Part shown: piece by piece, positions 38,336-51,213 of the stretch
Numbering within the stretch: the stretch's first letter is position 1
Layout of the letters: the number at the start of each line of letters is the position of its first letter
Assembly (NCBI RefSeq): GCF_004010195.1
Contig: NC_057717.1
Location: forward strand, 101,931,845 to 101,995,844
Length of the DNA stretch: 64,000 nucleotides
Direction: 5' to 3'
DNA from: Chiloscyllium plagiosum
Taxonomy: Eukaryota
Notes under the pieces: model-generated
What the model saw: the letters and a program-made list of their open reading frames with translations, nothing else
Told to the model about the DNA's origin: nothing
Database searches by the model: none
Position numbers and translations under genes: made by a program

Positions 38336-38684
38336 GGGTGGCATGATGGCTAGGTGGTTAGCACGGCTGCCTCACAGTGCCAGGGACCTGGGTTCAATTT
38401 AGCCTCGAGTGGCTGTCTGCATGGAGTTTGCACATTCTCCCCGTGTCTGCGTGGGTTTCCTCTGGGTGCTCTGGTTTCCTCCCACAATCCAAAGATGTGC
38501 AGGTTAGGTGAATTGGCCATGCTAAAATTGCCCATAGTGTTCAGGGATTGTAGGTTAGGTGCATTAGGCAGGTGTAAATATAGGGGAAGAGGAAGGGGAA
38601 TGGGTCTGGGTGGGTTACTCTTTGGAGGGTCAGTGTGGACTTGTTGGGTGAAAGGGCCTGTCCCTACACTGTAGGGATTCTATG
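38336..38684 (+). mobile_element. HE1-type SINE nested in an older SINE
   Basis: Match to other HE1 copies. Confidence 0.85.
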
Positions 38685-39324
38685 ATGTGACTCCAAACCC
38701 ACGGCAATGCGGTTGACTCTTAACTGTCCTCTGTGCAATTAAGGACTGGCAATAAAAACCAGCCCAAAGTTCCTGTCCTGTAAATGAATAACAAAAAAAA
38801 AATTCTTCCATGATGAGTATAACTCGAAGGAATCACCAAGGATGGCAAGGGTTCTGAATCTGTTCAATATTGAGAATTGGACCAGGAGTAGCAGCTGCAC
38901 TACTGACCAAATTGGGTTTCCTTTCTAAAGGACATTGTTGCTCAATTGAATCTATGGTAAGTGACGAAGGAACCAAAAAGAGGGAAAATATAATTGCCCT
39001 TGTATTTGCCAAACTCCCTGCAACAGGTGCATCTGTCCATGACCGTATTGGTTGGAATGACCACCTTCTTCCTAGTCCTTGTGGAGACAAAGTCCCATCT
39101 TCACATTGTGTATTCCAAACACTGTCCCTGCCTACCCAGGGGTGCGTGTAGCTAGAGACCACCCTGTACAAAAATTGTAATCCACCCCATCCTCTGCTAT
39201 TGTACAAAACCTGGCTGCTTTTGTACTTTTAAAACATTGAAGTAACCCCTTGGCTTCTCCCCCTTCACTCTAGCCATGAGTGCGGCTCCTTTAATGAAGC
39301 TTGACACTATCCAGGACAAAGCTG

Positions 39325-39638
39325 ATTGGCACCGCATGGTGGCTCAGTGGTTAGCACTGCTGCCTCACGGCACCAGGGTCCCAGGTTCGATTCCAGCCTC
39401 AGGTGGCTGTCTGTGTGGAGTTTACACATTCTCCCCGTGTCTGCGTGGGTTTCCTCCGGGTGCTCTGGTTTCCTCCCACTGTCCAAAGATGTGCAGATCA
39501 GGAGAATTGGCCATGCTAAATTGCCCATAGTGTTAGGTGCATTAGTGAGAGGGGAATGGGTCTAGGTGAGTTACTCTTCGGAGGGTCGGTGTGGACCTGT
39601 TGGGCTGAAGGGCCTGTTTCCACTATAGGGAATCTAAT
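39325..39638 (+). mobile_element. HE1-type SINE nested in an L2-like fragment
   Basis: Match to other HE1 copies. Confidence 0.85.
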
Positions 39639-39939
39639 CCATTCCCTCCACCACTGTGCTCAGCAGCAGTGGTACCAAGTATAAGATGCACTGCAGAAAT
39701 TCACCAAAACTCAATAGACAAGCATTTTCCAAAACCCTGACCCTATGATAGAACATAGAACATTACAGCACAGTACAGGCCCTTCGGCCCTCGATGTTGC
39801 ACCGACCTGTCATACCAATCTGAAGCCCATCTAACCTGCACTATTCCATGTACGTCCAGCTGATCTTATTAATGAAGCAATTGGAGAGTAAAGCATTTGG
39901 ATATGTTACAACGTAGGATGTTATAATTGAATTTCTTAC

Positions 39940-40101
39940 CCAGTATGTCAACTCTTTTATCTTGAATGCTGTTGAGGCATTTTGTCACTGACTCATCACT
40001 GCAGACATCAAGCTGCCTGATGTGTAATGTCTTGTTCAGAGTATCTCCAGCAGCTGCTTCCAGCTGTTCTTTCTTGTTTAAATTTCTCATGGTCGCAATA
40101 A
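39940..40101 (-). CDS. rdh8: Retinol dehydrogenase 8, exon 2
   Basis: (V)IATMRNLNKKEQLEAAAGDTLNKTLHIRQLDVCSDESVTKCLNSIQDKRVDIL; 162 bp, ag/gtaag boundaries, frame continuous with exons 1 and 3. Confidence 0.94.
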
Positions 40102-40743
40102 CTATTTTGAATAGAAAAATGAATAAAAGAAAAAGTAACCATGTATTTCACTATCATCTACCTTTTCACTTGCACTTCTTAACCAAACCTTGATTTCGCC
40201 AGCAAATCAGAAAGAAAGGTTTGCATTTCTACAGTGTTTTTCACGTGCATCACTTGTCCTAAAACACTTTATAGCCAAGTGAGGTTAACATTTATGAGCG
40301 ACACCATGAGGATTTCAAAGCCCATTCTGCACCTCATTTGCAAGCTGCTCTTAAGACTATAAGAAACATAGACTATGAGTTGGCTGTTTGGCCCCTCCAG
40401 CCTGCTCTCCATTTAATAGGATCATGGCTGAGCTCTTGATCTCTTCAATTCTACAGACAAGAATGGCGTCCTTGAGTGGGCCAAATACAAAACTCATATC
40501 AAACCAGTCTAGGCAATCAAATATTCCATCACCCACAAACGTTGGAAGAAAGACTCTGAGATATGGTGAGCAGTTCCCACACCTTGGTAGCCACCTCATT
40601 TTTTGTTTGAAATGCTGAATCAATGAGGAGATCCAACTCCAGGTCAGCTGTGCCTGCTTACCCTTTGACAAACCATGGTAATGAAATCACCACTAAAATA
40701 AAACCAAGAACTGTTGGATGCTGGTGATTTAAATATGCACAAA

Positions 40744-40925
40744 GCAGAAAATGCTGGAGAAACAACAGGTCTGACAGCATCTGTGGGGAAAGAACCAGAG
40801 TTAATGTTTTGAATTCAGTGACCCTCCTTCAGAACGTGATCACTGGACTTGAAACGTTAACTCTGTTCTCTCTCTGCAGATGCTGCCGGACTTGCTGAGT
40901 TTCTCCAGCAATTTCTGTTTTGTTT
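40744..40925. mobile_element. Family-4 inverted element with degenerate hammerhead motif
   Basis: Arms cagaaaatgctggagaaa...cagagttaa / ttaactctg...tttctccagcaatttctg; related copies near 7180, 13605, 20899, 22350, 27890, 51040, 57565 and 61520. Confidence 0.65.
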
Positions 40926-41697
40926 GTGATGTTAGTTGAGGGACAGTATTAATGGATGCTGTGGGGAACTTTCCTTTTCCCAGGACTGAAGAAGGGTTTC
41001 ACCCGAAACGTTGATTTCTCCACCCCCCTGATGCTGCCTGGCTTGCCGTGTTCTCCCAGCCTCCTGCCTGTCTGTTTTGGATTCCATCATCTGCAGTTTT
41101 TTTTGTCTCTAACCTTTTTGAATAGAACCATGGGAGCTTTCACACCCAACTGAGTGGCCACACAGGACGTTGGTTTGATAGCGTTATTCAATTAGTCCTG
41201 CAGTACAAGCGTTTATAATCCTGATCCAAATGTCAATTGTAGCTTTTATTCAATATTAATAACGACACACTATGGTGACAAGTCTAACTATGAAGCAGAA
41301 CATGATCTAGCAGTCAGTTATAATTATCTTTGGAAAGAGATTTTGCCTGCAAGCCTACTGTGTGTAGTTTAATGTATATATTTAAGCAAGATTACAGAGC
41401 CTTCACAGCACAAAGGGGACATTCAGCCCAATTGGTATTGCTGGTGTTTCTGCTTCATGTGAGCCACCTCCTAATCTACTGCATCTCCCAATATCGGAGT
41501 ATCCGTCCATTCCTTTCTCCCTCACTTTTATCCAGCTGGCCTAGTCAACATGTGAGGAGTGTGGTCATTGGGAAGCAACAAGGAGTGAGCCAGTGTGAAC
41601 ACTCCCTTTCCAGATCCCCACCAAATCCACACACTCTGGTGATCTCGCCACAGGTCGCAGAGCTGTTCACCACTGGGCAAGATAACAGGATTAGCTT

Positions 41698-41986
41698 GGA
41701 TTCCCTACAGTATGGGAATAGGCCCTTCAGCCCAAACTGACCCATCGAAGAGTTACCCACCCAGACCCATTATTTCCCCTACCCTATATTTAGCCCTGAC
41801 TAATGCACCTAACACTATGGGCAATTTAGCATGGCCAATTCACCTGACTTGCACATCTTTGGATTGTTAGAGGAAGCCCACGCAGACACAGGGAGAACAT
41901 GAAAACTCCACACAGTCGCCCGAGGCAGGGATTGAACCCTGGTCCCTGGCGCTGTGAGGCAGCCATGCTAGCCACTGTGCCACCCC
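41698..41986 (-). mobile_element. HE1-type SINE
   Basis: Match to other HE1 copies. Confidence 0.8.
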
Positions 41987-42802
41987 ACTTAAAGGAAGCC
42001 ATAATTTGTCACTTAGGGTCTCAATTCGCCCAGAGGCTAGTGGGACGCCTGACATATCCACACATTCCCCACCCCTCTGCCTCCTGTCTTCTCTGCTGCT
42101 GAAACACCAAGGGAGGGGTGTAGACAACTAGCACCTTGCCCCTACCTTTGTGTCTGATGTCCCCCGTCATTTGCCCTGCTAGGCCACCCCTGGCATGGGG
42201 TATAAAAATTCAGCCCACAAATAGTACTAATCTCTTTTAAAAACACAGAATGAGGAGAAGAACTTTGGATTGAGCTGTTGTATGTTTTTCATTAAAATAT
42301 GCTCAGTTATAGTATTGCATTTCTGTTTACAACAAGGGCCTTAAATGCTCATGTTCATGTTTACTTTAAAGTTACAAAATGTGAATTAAGAGTACATTAA
42401 GCTGGTCAGGCAGGAACGTTGATATTTCCCTCCATTTGTTGACAGTTTAAAGGTTACATTTACCTCAGTCACTGAAGGATTTCAATGAAACTTGGGAGTA
42501 CAACCCAAGTAAGAATGGATTAGAATTATGCAAAGATATGCTTGTGAATCCCGGAATTCTTAAATAATCTACTAACTTAGGGAGATAGGATGAATTTAGT
42601 TTGTCTTCAATGTTTAATTTTGAATGTGGGCTTGTTTTAGAATGTTATGAATTGTTTAGCTGCTATATCCCATAGTGGTAAGAATATCATTAAGGTTGTA
42701 TGAGAAATGAAATGTAAGGTCAGATCTTTTATCGCTGATGCAGGTGAACTGGATGGCTATTATCTCAAGTTTATGTTTATATGGTTCTCTGCAGCACACC
42801 AG

Positions 42803-43028
42803 GAGAAAGCGAGGACTGCAGATGCTGGAGATCAGAGTCGAGAGTGTGATGCTAGAAAAGCCCAGCAGGTCAGGCAGCATCTGAGGAGCAGGAGAATCAA
42901 CATTTCGGGCATAAGACCTTCATCATAAACCTCATTCCTGATGAAGGACTTATGCTCAAAATGTCGATTTTCCTGTTCCTTGGATGCTGTCGGACTGGCT
43001 GTGGTTTTCCAGCATCACAGTCTGTGAC
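42803..43028. mobile_element. Family-1 inverted pair
   Basis: Two degenerate hammerhead cores in inverted orientation; imperfect TSD ctctgcagcacaccag / ctctgcaactcaccag. Confidence 0.7.
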
Positions 43029-43999
43029 TCTGCAACTCACCAGTCAGGCTTAATTCTAGGGTGGGGGGTTTCCTGTACATTAATCACAATCAAAAGATTT
43101 GCCTTCAGTGCAAGAGCAGCATATGCTTCTGTAAAAGATTAGATTAGATTAGTTTTCCTACAGTGTGGAAACAGGCCCTTCGGCCCAACCAGTACCCTTC
43201 GGCCCCTCCGAAGAGTAACCCACACAGACAAATCCTCTTGCGATAATTAGTTCTTAGTTTCATGTTTGCAATGACTATATTGTACATTTGAAATGAACGA
43301 GGCAGTTTGAATTACAGTAAAACTTTGCTAATTAACAAAGCAATAATTTTGCAGTTATGTGGAATGTTAACTGATAGATAAAGAAGGCAGAAATTTACGA
43401 GGTAGGTCCAGTAGAAATCAGTGTCATTACCAGATCACAACCTTTTTAGACAATGATATAAATGATGTTTTTTAACAGTAAATGTATCTGTACCTGTCCA
43501 GAAACTTTATTGATATGAAAAAAGGTTCAAAAATAATGATAAAAAGTTTACTGAAAATATTAGGACCAGTGCAAGTTTGACCTCTTTTTAACCATCTTGG
43601 CTAGGTGTAGCAAACTTCTTTAAATTTGAGTTAGCAAGCAAGTATCTCACACCTCTAGGATTCGTCAAAATTAAAAAAGCCAATGATAAAAGCACCTGGA
43701 GTGAAAGAAAGAGGAGTTTTATTACTCACTAGCCCAAGAAAAATGATGAAAAGTAACAACAAACATACAAAAGCAGCTATAACATTTTAAAAGAAGTGAG
43801 AGAGATTGTCTTGTACAGACTGGAAGAATAAAAGCTACAAAGTTTGAGAGTCCTTAGAATTCTTAAAATGTTAGGTTATAAACTGAGACCACAATTGTTT
43901 TATGGTTAACTCCTATCCTCAGCATTAGTGCATTCTGCAGATATCTTTGAATTGTCAGTGAATGGTTGCTTCTTCAATTTGCTTTTTCACCAGGCCCTT

Positions 44000-45845
44000 T
44001 ATAGAGCAACAAATTAGGCTATTCAGCCCATTCCGTCTGCTGCACCATTGAATCATGGCTGATATGTTTCACAGCTGAAACTTTATTGCTGGAACAGCAC
44101 AGCAGGTCAGACAGCATCTAGGGAACAGGAGATTCGACGTTTCGGGCACATGCCCTTCTTCAGGAATGAGCAGAGAGTGATATGTTTCACAACCTTCTTC
44201 TCCTACTTTCTCCCTGTAACCCTTGATCCCCTTGATACTCAAGAACCTATCTATCTCAGTCTTAAATATACTCAGTGGCCTGGCTTCCACGGCCTTCTGT
44301 GGCAATGAATTCCATAGATTCATCACTCTCTGGCTGAATAAGTTTCTCCTTATTTCTGTTCTAAAAGGTCTTCCCTTTACTGTGAGGTTGTGTTCTAGGG
44401 TTCTAGTTGCTCCTACCAATGGAAACATCGTCCCAATGTCCACTCTGTCCAGGCCATTCAGGGTTCTGTATGTTTCAATCAGATCCTCCCTCATCCCAAG
44501 TCCTCAAACGTTCCTGATGTGTTAAGCTTTACATTCCTGGGACCATTCTCGTGAACCTCCTCTGAACACGCTCCAATATATTGTTCCTGAGATACGGGGC
44601 CCAAAACTGCGCACAATACTCCAAATATGGCCTTATAGAGCCTCAGAAGTACATCCCTGCTTTTATAGTCAAGCCCTCTCAAACTAAATACCATCAGTGC
44701 ATTTGCCTTCCTAACTACTGACTCAGCCTACAAGTTTATCTTGAGAGAATCCTGGACTAGAAACCCCAAGTCTCTTTGCACTTCAGACTTCTGAATTTTC
44801 TCCTCATTTAGAAAATAGTCCATGTCTCTATTCTTCCGACCAAAGTACATGACCTCATATTTTCCCACATTGTACTCCATCTGCCACTTCTTTGCCCACT
44901 CTCCTAACCTGTCCAAATCCTTCTGCAGCCTCTCTGCCTCCTTAATGCCACCTGTCCCTCTACCAATCTTTGTATCATTTGCAAACTTAGCCAGAACGCC
45001 CTCAAGTTCCTTCATCTAGATTGTTAATGTATAAAATGAAAAGTTGTGGTCCCAACACTGAGCCTTGCAGAACACCAGTTGTCACTGGCTGCCATCCTGA
45101 GAAGGACCCTTTTATCCCCACTCTCTGCTTTCTGCCAGACAGCCAAGCTTCTATCCAGGCTAGCACCTTGCCTCTGACACCATGGGTCCTTATCTGACTC
45201 AGTAGCCTCCTGTGCGGCCGCTTGTTAAAGGCCTTCTTGAAGTCCAGGTAGACAACATCCATTGGCTCTCCTTGGTCTAACCTGCTTGTTACTTCCTCAA
45301 AGAATTCTAGCAGATTTGTCAGGCATGACCTCCCCTTGATGAAACCATGCTGACTTTGCCCTATTTTGCCATACACCTCCAAGTATTCAGAAATCTCATC
45401 CTTCACAATGGATTCCAGGATCTTACCCACGACTGAGGTTAAGCTAATTAGTAATTTTCTGTCTTTTGCCTTACTCCCTTTTTAAACAGGTGTGTCACTT
45501 TAGCAATTTTCCAGTCCTCTGGGACCCTTCATGATTCTAGCGATTCCTGAAAGATCACCACTAATGCCGCCACTCTCTCTTCAGCTATCTCCCTTAGAAC
45601 ACTGGGATGTAGTCCATCTGATTTATCCACATTCACGCCATTCAGTCCTTCCAGCACCTTCTTCTTGTGATGGCCAACATACTCAGCTCTGCCCCCTTAC
45701 TCTCTGAAGTTTCTGGGATATTACTTGTGCCTTCCATCGTGAAGACTGACACAAAGTAATTATTCAGGTCCTCAGCCATTTCCTTGTTCCCCACTGTTAT
45801 CTCACCAGCATCGTTTTCCAGCAGCTCAATGTCCACTTTTGCCCT
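44000..45845 (-). mobile_element. CR1-type LINE (RT and 3' end)
   Basis: QHGFIKGRSCLTNLLEFFEEVT..YLDFKKAF..GVLQGSVLGPQLF..FANDTK. Confidence 0.9.
44074..44177 (-). mobile_element. Family-1 monomer with intact hammerhead motif
   Basis: ATTC-CTGAAGA-A-GGGCA-TG-TGCCC-GAAA-CGTC-GAAT (44132-44167, minus strand); 14-bp TSD tgatatgtttcaca at 44060-44073 and 44178-44191. Confidence 0.75.
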
Positions 45846-46005
45846 CTGTCCCTATAACTGAACCCAGCCCCCATTTAGTTCAAAACCCTGTCTACAGCCC
45901 TAGTTTTGTGATTCGCGTGGACTCCAGTCCCAGCATGGTTCGAATGAAGACTGTCCCATTGGGACAGGCCCCTTCTTCCCCAGTACTGGTGCCAATGTTC
46001 TTTAG

Positions 46006-46335
46006 AATTAGAATCCCTGCAGTGTGGAAACCAGCCCTTTGGCCTAACAAATCCACACCGACCCTCTGAAGAGTAAACCACCCAGACCCATTCCCGTACC
46101 CTCTGTTTACCCCTGACTAATGCACCTAACCTACACGTCCCTGAACACTATGGGCAATTTAGCACGGCCAATCCACCCTAACTTGCACATCTTTGGATTG
46201 TGGGAGGAAACTGGAGCACCCGGGGGAAACCCATGCAGACCCGGGGAGAACATGCAAACTCCACACAGTCACCCGAGGCTGGACTCGAACCCGGGTCCCT
46301 GCCACTGTGAGGCAGCAGTGCTAACCACTGAGCCA
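46006..46335 (-). mobile_element. HE1-type SINE
   Basis: Match to other HE1 copies. Confidence 0.85.
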
Positions 46336-46978
46336 TTCATGCTGCCCTGTGGATCACATCCAATGTCTGATGAATTCAAACTCATTCCTCCCACATCAAT
46401 CTTTGAGCCACATATTTCCCTGCTTAATCTTACTGACCCTGTGCCAATTAGCTCATGGCTCAGGTAGTAATCCAGAGATAATTACCTTTTGGCTCTGCTT
46501 CTTAGTTTCACTTTAGCTGCTCATACTCAATTAGCAGAACCTCTGCCGAGTTTTATCGATGTCATTGATACTTGCGTGGGCCATGACCACTGGATCTTTA
46601 CCCTCTCACTCCAAGTTCCTCTGCAGCCCAGAAGAGATATCCTGAACCCAAGCACCAGGCAGGTCACTGGTCATAGAGAACAGTGTCTATGTCTTTACAT
46701 GCAAGTTGGATAATCTGCAGGCAAACCTTCACATCCAATGTGTACCCGAGCGCATGCAAATTGAAATGGGAGGTGCCAGTTTGTTGAAGGTTGGGTTCAA
46801 TATCTTTAGATAATGTAGTCATTTCAGTTCAGATGGGTTTGTTCATTCTTTGTTGGTTTCCTGAGTGTGCCTCAAACTGTAGTCAGGTGATTGTGACTGT
46901 CATTTTAGATCACTGTTTGTCCTTTTAAAACCATATTAATCTCTGGACAGTCTGAAGAGTGTAAAGTCAGGTGTTGGA

Positions 46979-47153
46979 TCTGGAGGTAGGTTTGCTCGCT
47001 GAGCTGGAAGGTTCATTTTCAGATGTTTCATCACCATAGTAGGTAACATCTTCAGTGAGCCTCTGGATGAAAAAATGAACCTTCCAGCTCATAGCGAGCA
47101 CACCTACGTCCAGAACCTCAACCTGAGCTACAAATCTTCTTAAAAACTCACTA
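46979..47153. mobile_element. Family-3 inverted element
   Basis: 12-bp TSD tcaggtgttgga at 46967-46978 and 47154-47165. Confidence 0.72.
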
Positions 47154-47816
47154 TCAGGTGTTGGAAGTTGAAAATTATTTTCACGCTGTTCTGACTATAT
47201 GCAGTTGTATACTTCAAAATCTAATTTACAGAAATATTCTTTTATGATAAAATCTTTGTGTCAGGTAATTGTCGTTGCTGATATATTCAAATGAATCAGA
47301 GTAGAATTTTAATTGCTTTAAGAGTTCAGCTCAATGGCATTGTGTACCTTTTTAAATTCCATATTAGTTGAAGGTGTAATGTGTCTGTGTATTGCAATTT
47401 ATCACTATGTGTAAAAATGCTTGTGATTGCCTGTCTGTTTCACAGAGATTACACAAATACTAGCCTTACAGAATGGAGTAGGTGAGCAGATAAGCATCAC
47501 AGGCTCAGTTTTTGACCTAGGTAGGAATCATTTTACAAATTCCTGACAACAACAACAAAAAATGGAAGTCTTTTCACTGCTCAGGTTACTCATGAGCTGT
47601 ATCATGGTCATCAGCAAGTATTGTAAATTTTTCAAATAAGTTCAGAAAATGAAATAGAAATGGAATATCAGTTTCAACTAAGAAACTGATAGCAATTAAA
47701 ATGTAAAATTATAGTTTTATTCACAAAAGTGACCATTCAAATCCTTTGGCACTTTTTCATATAATAATGTTCTGAACATGAATGTGCAAAGACGTGTGCC
47801 TTTATGAAGAGAATAA

Positions 47817-48132
47817 TAGATTAGATTCCCTACAGTGTGGAAACAGATCCCTTTGGCCCAACCAGTCCACACCGATCCTCCGAAGAGTAACCCACCCAGA
47901 TCTAACTCCTTCTGACTAATGCACCTAACATTATGGACAATTTAGCATGGCCAATTCACCTGACTTGCACATCTTTGGCTTGTGGGAGGAAACTGGAGCA
48001 CCCAGAGGACACCCATGCAGACACGGGGAGACGGTGCAAACTCCACACAGACAGTCACCCGAGGTTGGAATTGAACCCGGGTCCCTGTTGCTGTGAGGCA
48101 GCAGTGCTAACTACTGAGCCACTGTGCTGCCC
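47817..48132 (-). mobile_element. HE1-type SINE
   Basis: Match to other HE1 copies. Confidence 0.85.
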
Positions 48133-48282
48133 TATTTACCTAGAAGTCTTTAGACGGCACCAATTAAGCAAAGAAGTTTAGATAGTACATTAAAACCAAT
48201 ATGCTATCCCAACATTCCTATATTTGTAACAATTTGCAATCTAATCTAGATTATGAATTGTTGCAATTAAATTCAGAATTAG

Positions 48283-48486
48283 CGAGTTTAGAGAAGATTT
48301 GTAGCTCAGGTTGAGGTTCTGGATGTAGGTTTGCTCGCTGAGCTGGAAGGTTCAGTTTCAGACATTTCACCACCATACTAGGTAATATCTTCAGTGAGCT
48401 TCCAGAGGCTCACTGATGATGTTACCTAGTATGGTGACAAAACGTCTGAAACCGAACCTTCTAGCTCAGTGAGCAAACCTACATTC
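48283..48486. mobile_element. Family-3 inverted pair with hammerhead motifs
   Basis: tca-CTGATGA-T-GTTACC-TAGTAT-GGTGAC-AAAA-CGTC-tga at 48410-48449, mirrored at 48358-48397; TSD aaattcag(a/c)attag at 48269-48282 and 48487-48500. Confidence 0.72.
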
Positions 48487-49358
48487 AAATTCAGCATTAG
48501 ATTTACCAGTGATACGAGGAGAAAATTTATTTAAGATGCTGCTTCTGAAAATATTGGTCACTTTTTATGATTCATTCCATGAGTGTGGGTGTCACTGGCA
48601 ATTATTACACCTGAGAAGGGGATAATGAGCTTCCTTCTCGAGTACAATGGAATGTTATTCTAGGCTATTTGTTGTTGGGGCAAAACTGTGTGCTCCCTTC
48701 TAACAGCATTCCATACTCTGACGGATTAAGAAAGCAGCTCAGCACTACCTTATCAGAGGCAGTAAGGGATAGGAAATAAATGCTAGCCCAGATAGCAATG
48801 CTGATATCCTGTCAATGAGTAAAATGTGGTCAATTAAGAGTTAACTGCATTGCTGTGGGTCTAGAAATACATGCCAGCTAAACTAGGTAAGAACAATAGA
48901 TCATTGTCATGAAAGGGACATGAGTGAACCATACGTGCTTCTATATAATAATCCTACAGTTTAAAAGTCACTAATTCTGTTCCTACACTCCTTCTTTTCA
49001 AATCCAAATACTTCCATTAAAATTCCTCATTATATTGTAGTAGGATTTGTACTTGCATTAGACCAGACATTTGTGATGAATCACAATTAATGCTTCAGGA
49101 ACATCAGTATGGAACAAAGATGTCACAAAATATATTAAGGCAAACGGTTAAGACGTAATTCCTACACCTTTTCTGGTTTCAAAAAATGTCTGTTTGCTTA
49201 AGCAGCCATCTTACCAATGTTCTGTCCTTATTTGTCCCTGGGACATGAACAGTAAGGCTAACATTAGTTTCCCTTGCGAAGATTGACATGAGGCACCCGT
49301 ATTCAGGCATTACTAAATCATTTCCTTTGAGTCAGCACCTAGTAAACAGAACACCTAC

Positions 49359-49464
49359 CATAAAACTGTTCCTTGGTATCGTTTGCAAGATGAATAGCAA
49401 GCTTCAAACCAATTCCAGAGGAGCATCCTGTAATCAGGACCACCTTTTGCCTGTCGTTTGCCAT
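49359..49464 (-). CDS. rdh8: Retinol dehydrogenase 8, coding exon 1
   Basis: Translates MANDRQKVVLITGCSSGIGLKLAIHLANDTKEQFY; SDR TGxxxGxG Rossmann motif; 106 bp, phase-1 donor G|gtagg. Confidence 0.93.
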
Positions 49465-49508
49465 GCTTTTTTTCCTTCTGATGGAGAGTCGGAGAGAGAA
49501 TTTGAAGA

Positions 49509-49547
49509 GGATTAATACTTAGATAAAAGTAAATCAGTCACATGACT
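49509..49547 (-). promoter_or_regulatory. Candidate CRX/OTX site (TAATCC) and M-box/E-box (AGTCATGTGACT) upstream of the rdh8 ATG
   Basis: Minus strand TAATCC at 49509-49514 and AGTCATGTGACT at 49536-49547, 45-83 bp upstream of the start codon; motif match only. Confidence 0.35.
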
Positions 49548-50170
49548 GGATCAGGTCTCTCTTGATAAACCTTGTGAAACCTTATGCTCCAGTGTTGTAC
49601 ATATATCCCAATAGTATGAGCTGGAGCATCATGAAGACATTTTTGTGTGATTCACAGAGTATGCGATAAAATTTGGAACTACAAAGGACATCATAAGTAT
49701 AAAATAGTGAAATATTCTTTTGTGTATGTAATTTCTAAAAATTAATGGTCAATAATTTTATTTTTCAAGTAAGTCTTTGTGTGCAGATGAATTTCTGTAA
49801 AACATCTCTTAATATATGTGTTTAAAACAGGCAAGTTCAAATGTGAATACGGATGTGAAAATTTGTAGTGGAATAGCAAAACAAAAGGATAAATGGCTTG
49901 AGTTTGAAGGAGAAACTCAATTACATCCATGCAGTTACCCTACCCTGATTATGTCCTGCACTGTAAGAAATACAATCACTGAATTGCTGCAGCACAGAAA
50001 GAGGCCATTTGGCCCATCGTGCCTGCACTGATTCTTCAATTGAACAATGTTAACCAATGCGTATCACTTGCTTTCTTCCCAAATCCCTGCATACCTTTCC
50101 GATTTAAATAATCATCCAATGCCCTCTTGAATGCCTCAACTGAACCTGTCTCAAATACATTTCCGAAGTA

Positions 50171-50708
50171 GACAGGCAGGGAGCTGGAAGAACACAGCAA
50201 GGCAGGCAGCATCAGGAGGGACAGGCAGGGAGCTGGGGGAACACGGCAAGACAGGCAGCATCAGGGGACAGGCAGGGAGCTGGAGGAACACAGCAAGGCA
50301 GGCAGCATCAGGAGGGACAGGCAGGAGGCTAGGGGAACACGGCAAGGCAGGCAGCATCAGGAGGGACAGGCAGGGAGCTGGAGAAACACAGCAAGGCAGG
50401 CAGCATCAGGAGGGACAGGCAGGAGGCTAGGGGAACACGGCAAGGCAGGCAGCATCAGGAGGGACAGGCAGGGAGCTGGAGGAACACAGCAAGGCAGGTA
50501 GCATCAGGAGGGACAGGCAGGGAGCTGGAGAAACACAGCAAGCAGGCAGCATCAGGAGGGATGGGGCAGGGAGCTGGAAGAACACAGCAAAGGCAGGAGC
50601 ATCAGGGAGGGAGGGGCAGGGAGCTGGAAGAACACAGCAAGGCAGGCAGCATCAGGAGGGACAGGCAGGGAGCTGGAAGAACACAGCAAGCCAGGCAGCA
50701 TCAGGAGG
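50171..50708. repeat. Minisatellite, ~49-bp unit, about 11 copies
   Basis: Unit gacaggcagggagctgga(a/g)gaacacagcaaggcaggcagcatcaggagg. Confidence 0.93.
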
Positions 50709-50935
50709 TGGAGAAGTCGACATTTCGGGTGTAACCCTTCTTCTACCTGTGTTCACATAACCCCACCTCACCACCCTACACCCACCACCCTCTTTATCTG
50801 CAACTCTACCTTAACTCAGTCCCAGTCCTGAAGAAGGGTTACTCCCGAAACGTCGACTTCTCCACCTCCTGGCTTGCTGTGTTCTTCCAGCCTCCTGCCT
50901 GGCTATTTTGGATTCCAGCATCTGCAGTTTTTTTG
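50709..50935. mobile_element. Family-1 variant inverted pair with hammerhead motif
   Basis: AGTC-CTGAAGA-A-GGG-TTACT-CCC-GAAA-CGTC-GACT at 50824-50858; related copies at 40981-41110 and 62540-62630. Confidence 0.7.
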
Positions 50936-51213
50936 TCACTATCCAATGCATTTCCAGCAGACCACTGCATTCCTTAATTACTTGCTGTTGGAAAACGTAT
51001 CACTCTTGCTTCCTGGTTGGGCGATGCTGGAATCTGAACAGAAAACAGTAACTGCTGGAGATCACAATAGGTCAGCAACATCCATGGAGAGAAAGCAAGT
51101 TAATGTTTCGAGTCTAGATAACTCTGATGAAAACTTTGTTGCCAGACCTGCTGTGATCTGCACCAATTTTTGCTTTCACTTTTAATCTATGCCCTCTCGT
51201 TCTTGTTCCTTTC

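Noticed and set aside
50171-50708. Regular repeat array resembling CRISPR, with repetitive ORF 50131-50430
   Set aside because: No unique spacers and no cas genes in a vertebrate context; it is a minisatellite derived from a retroelement arm.
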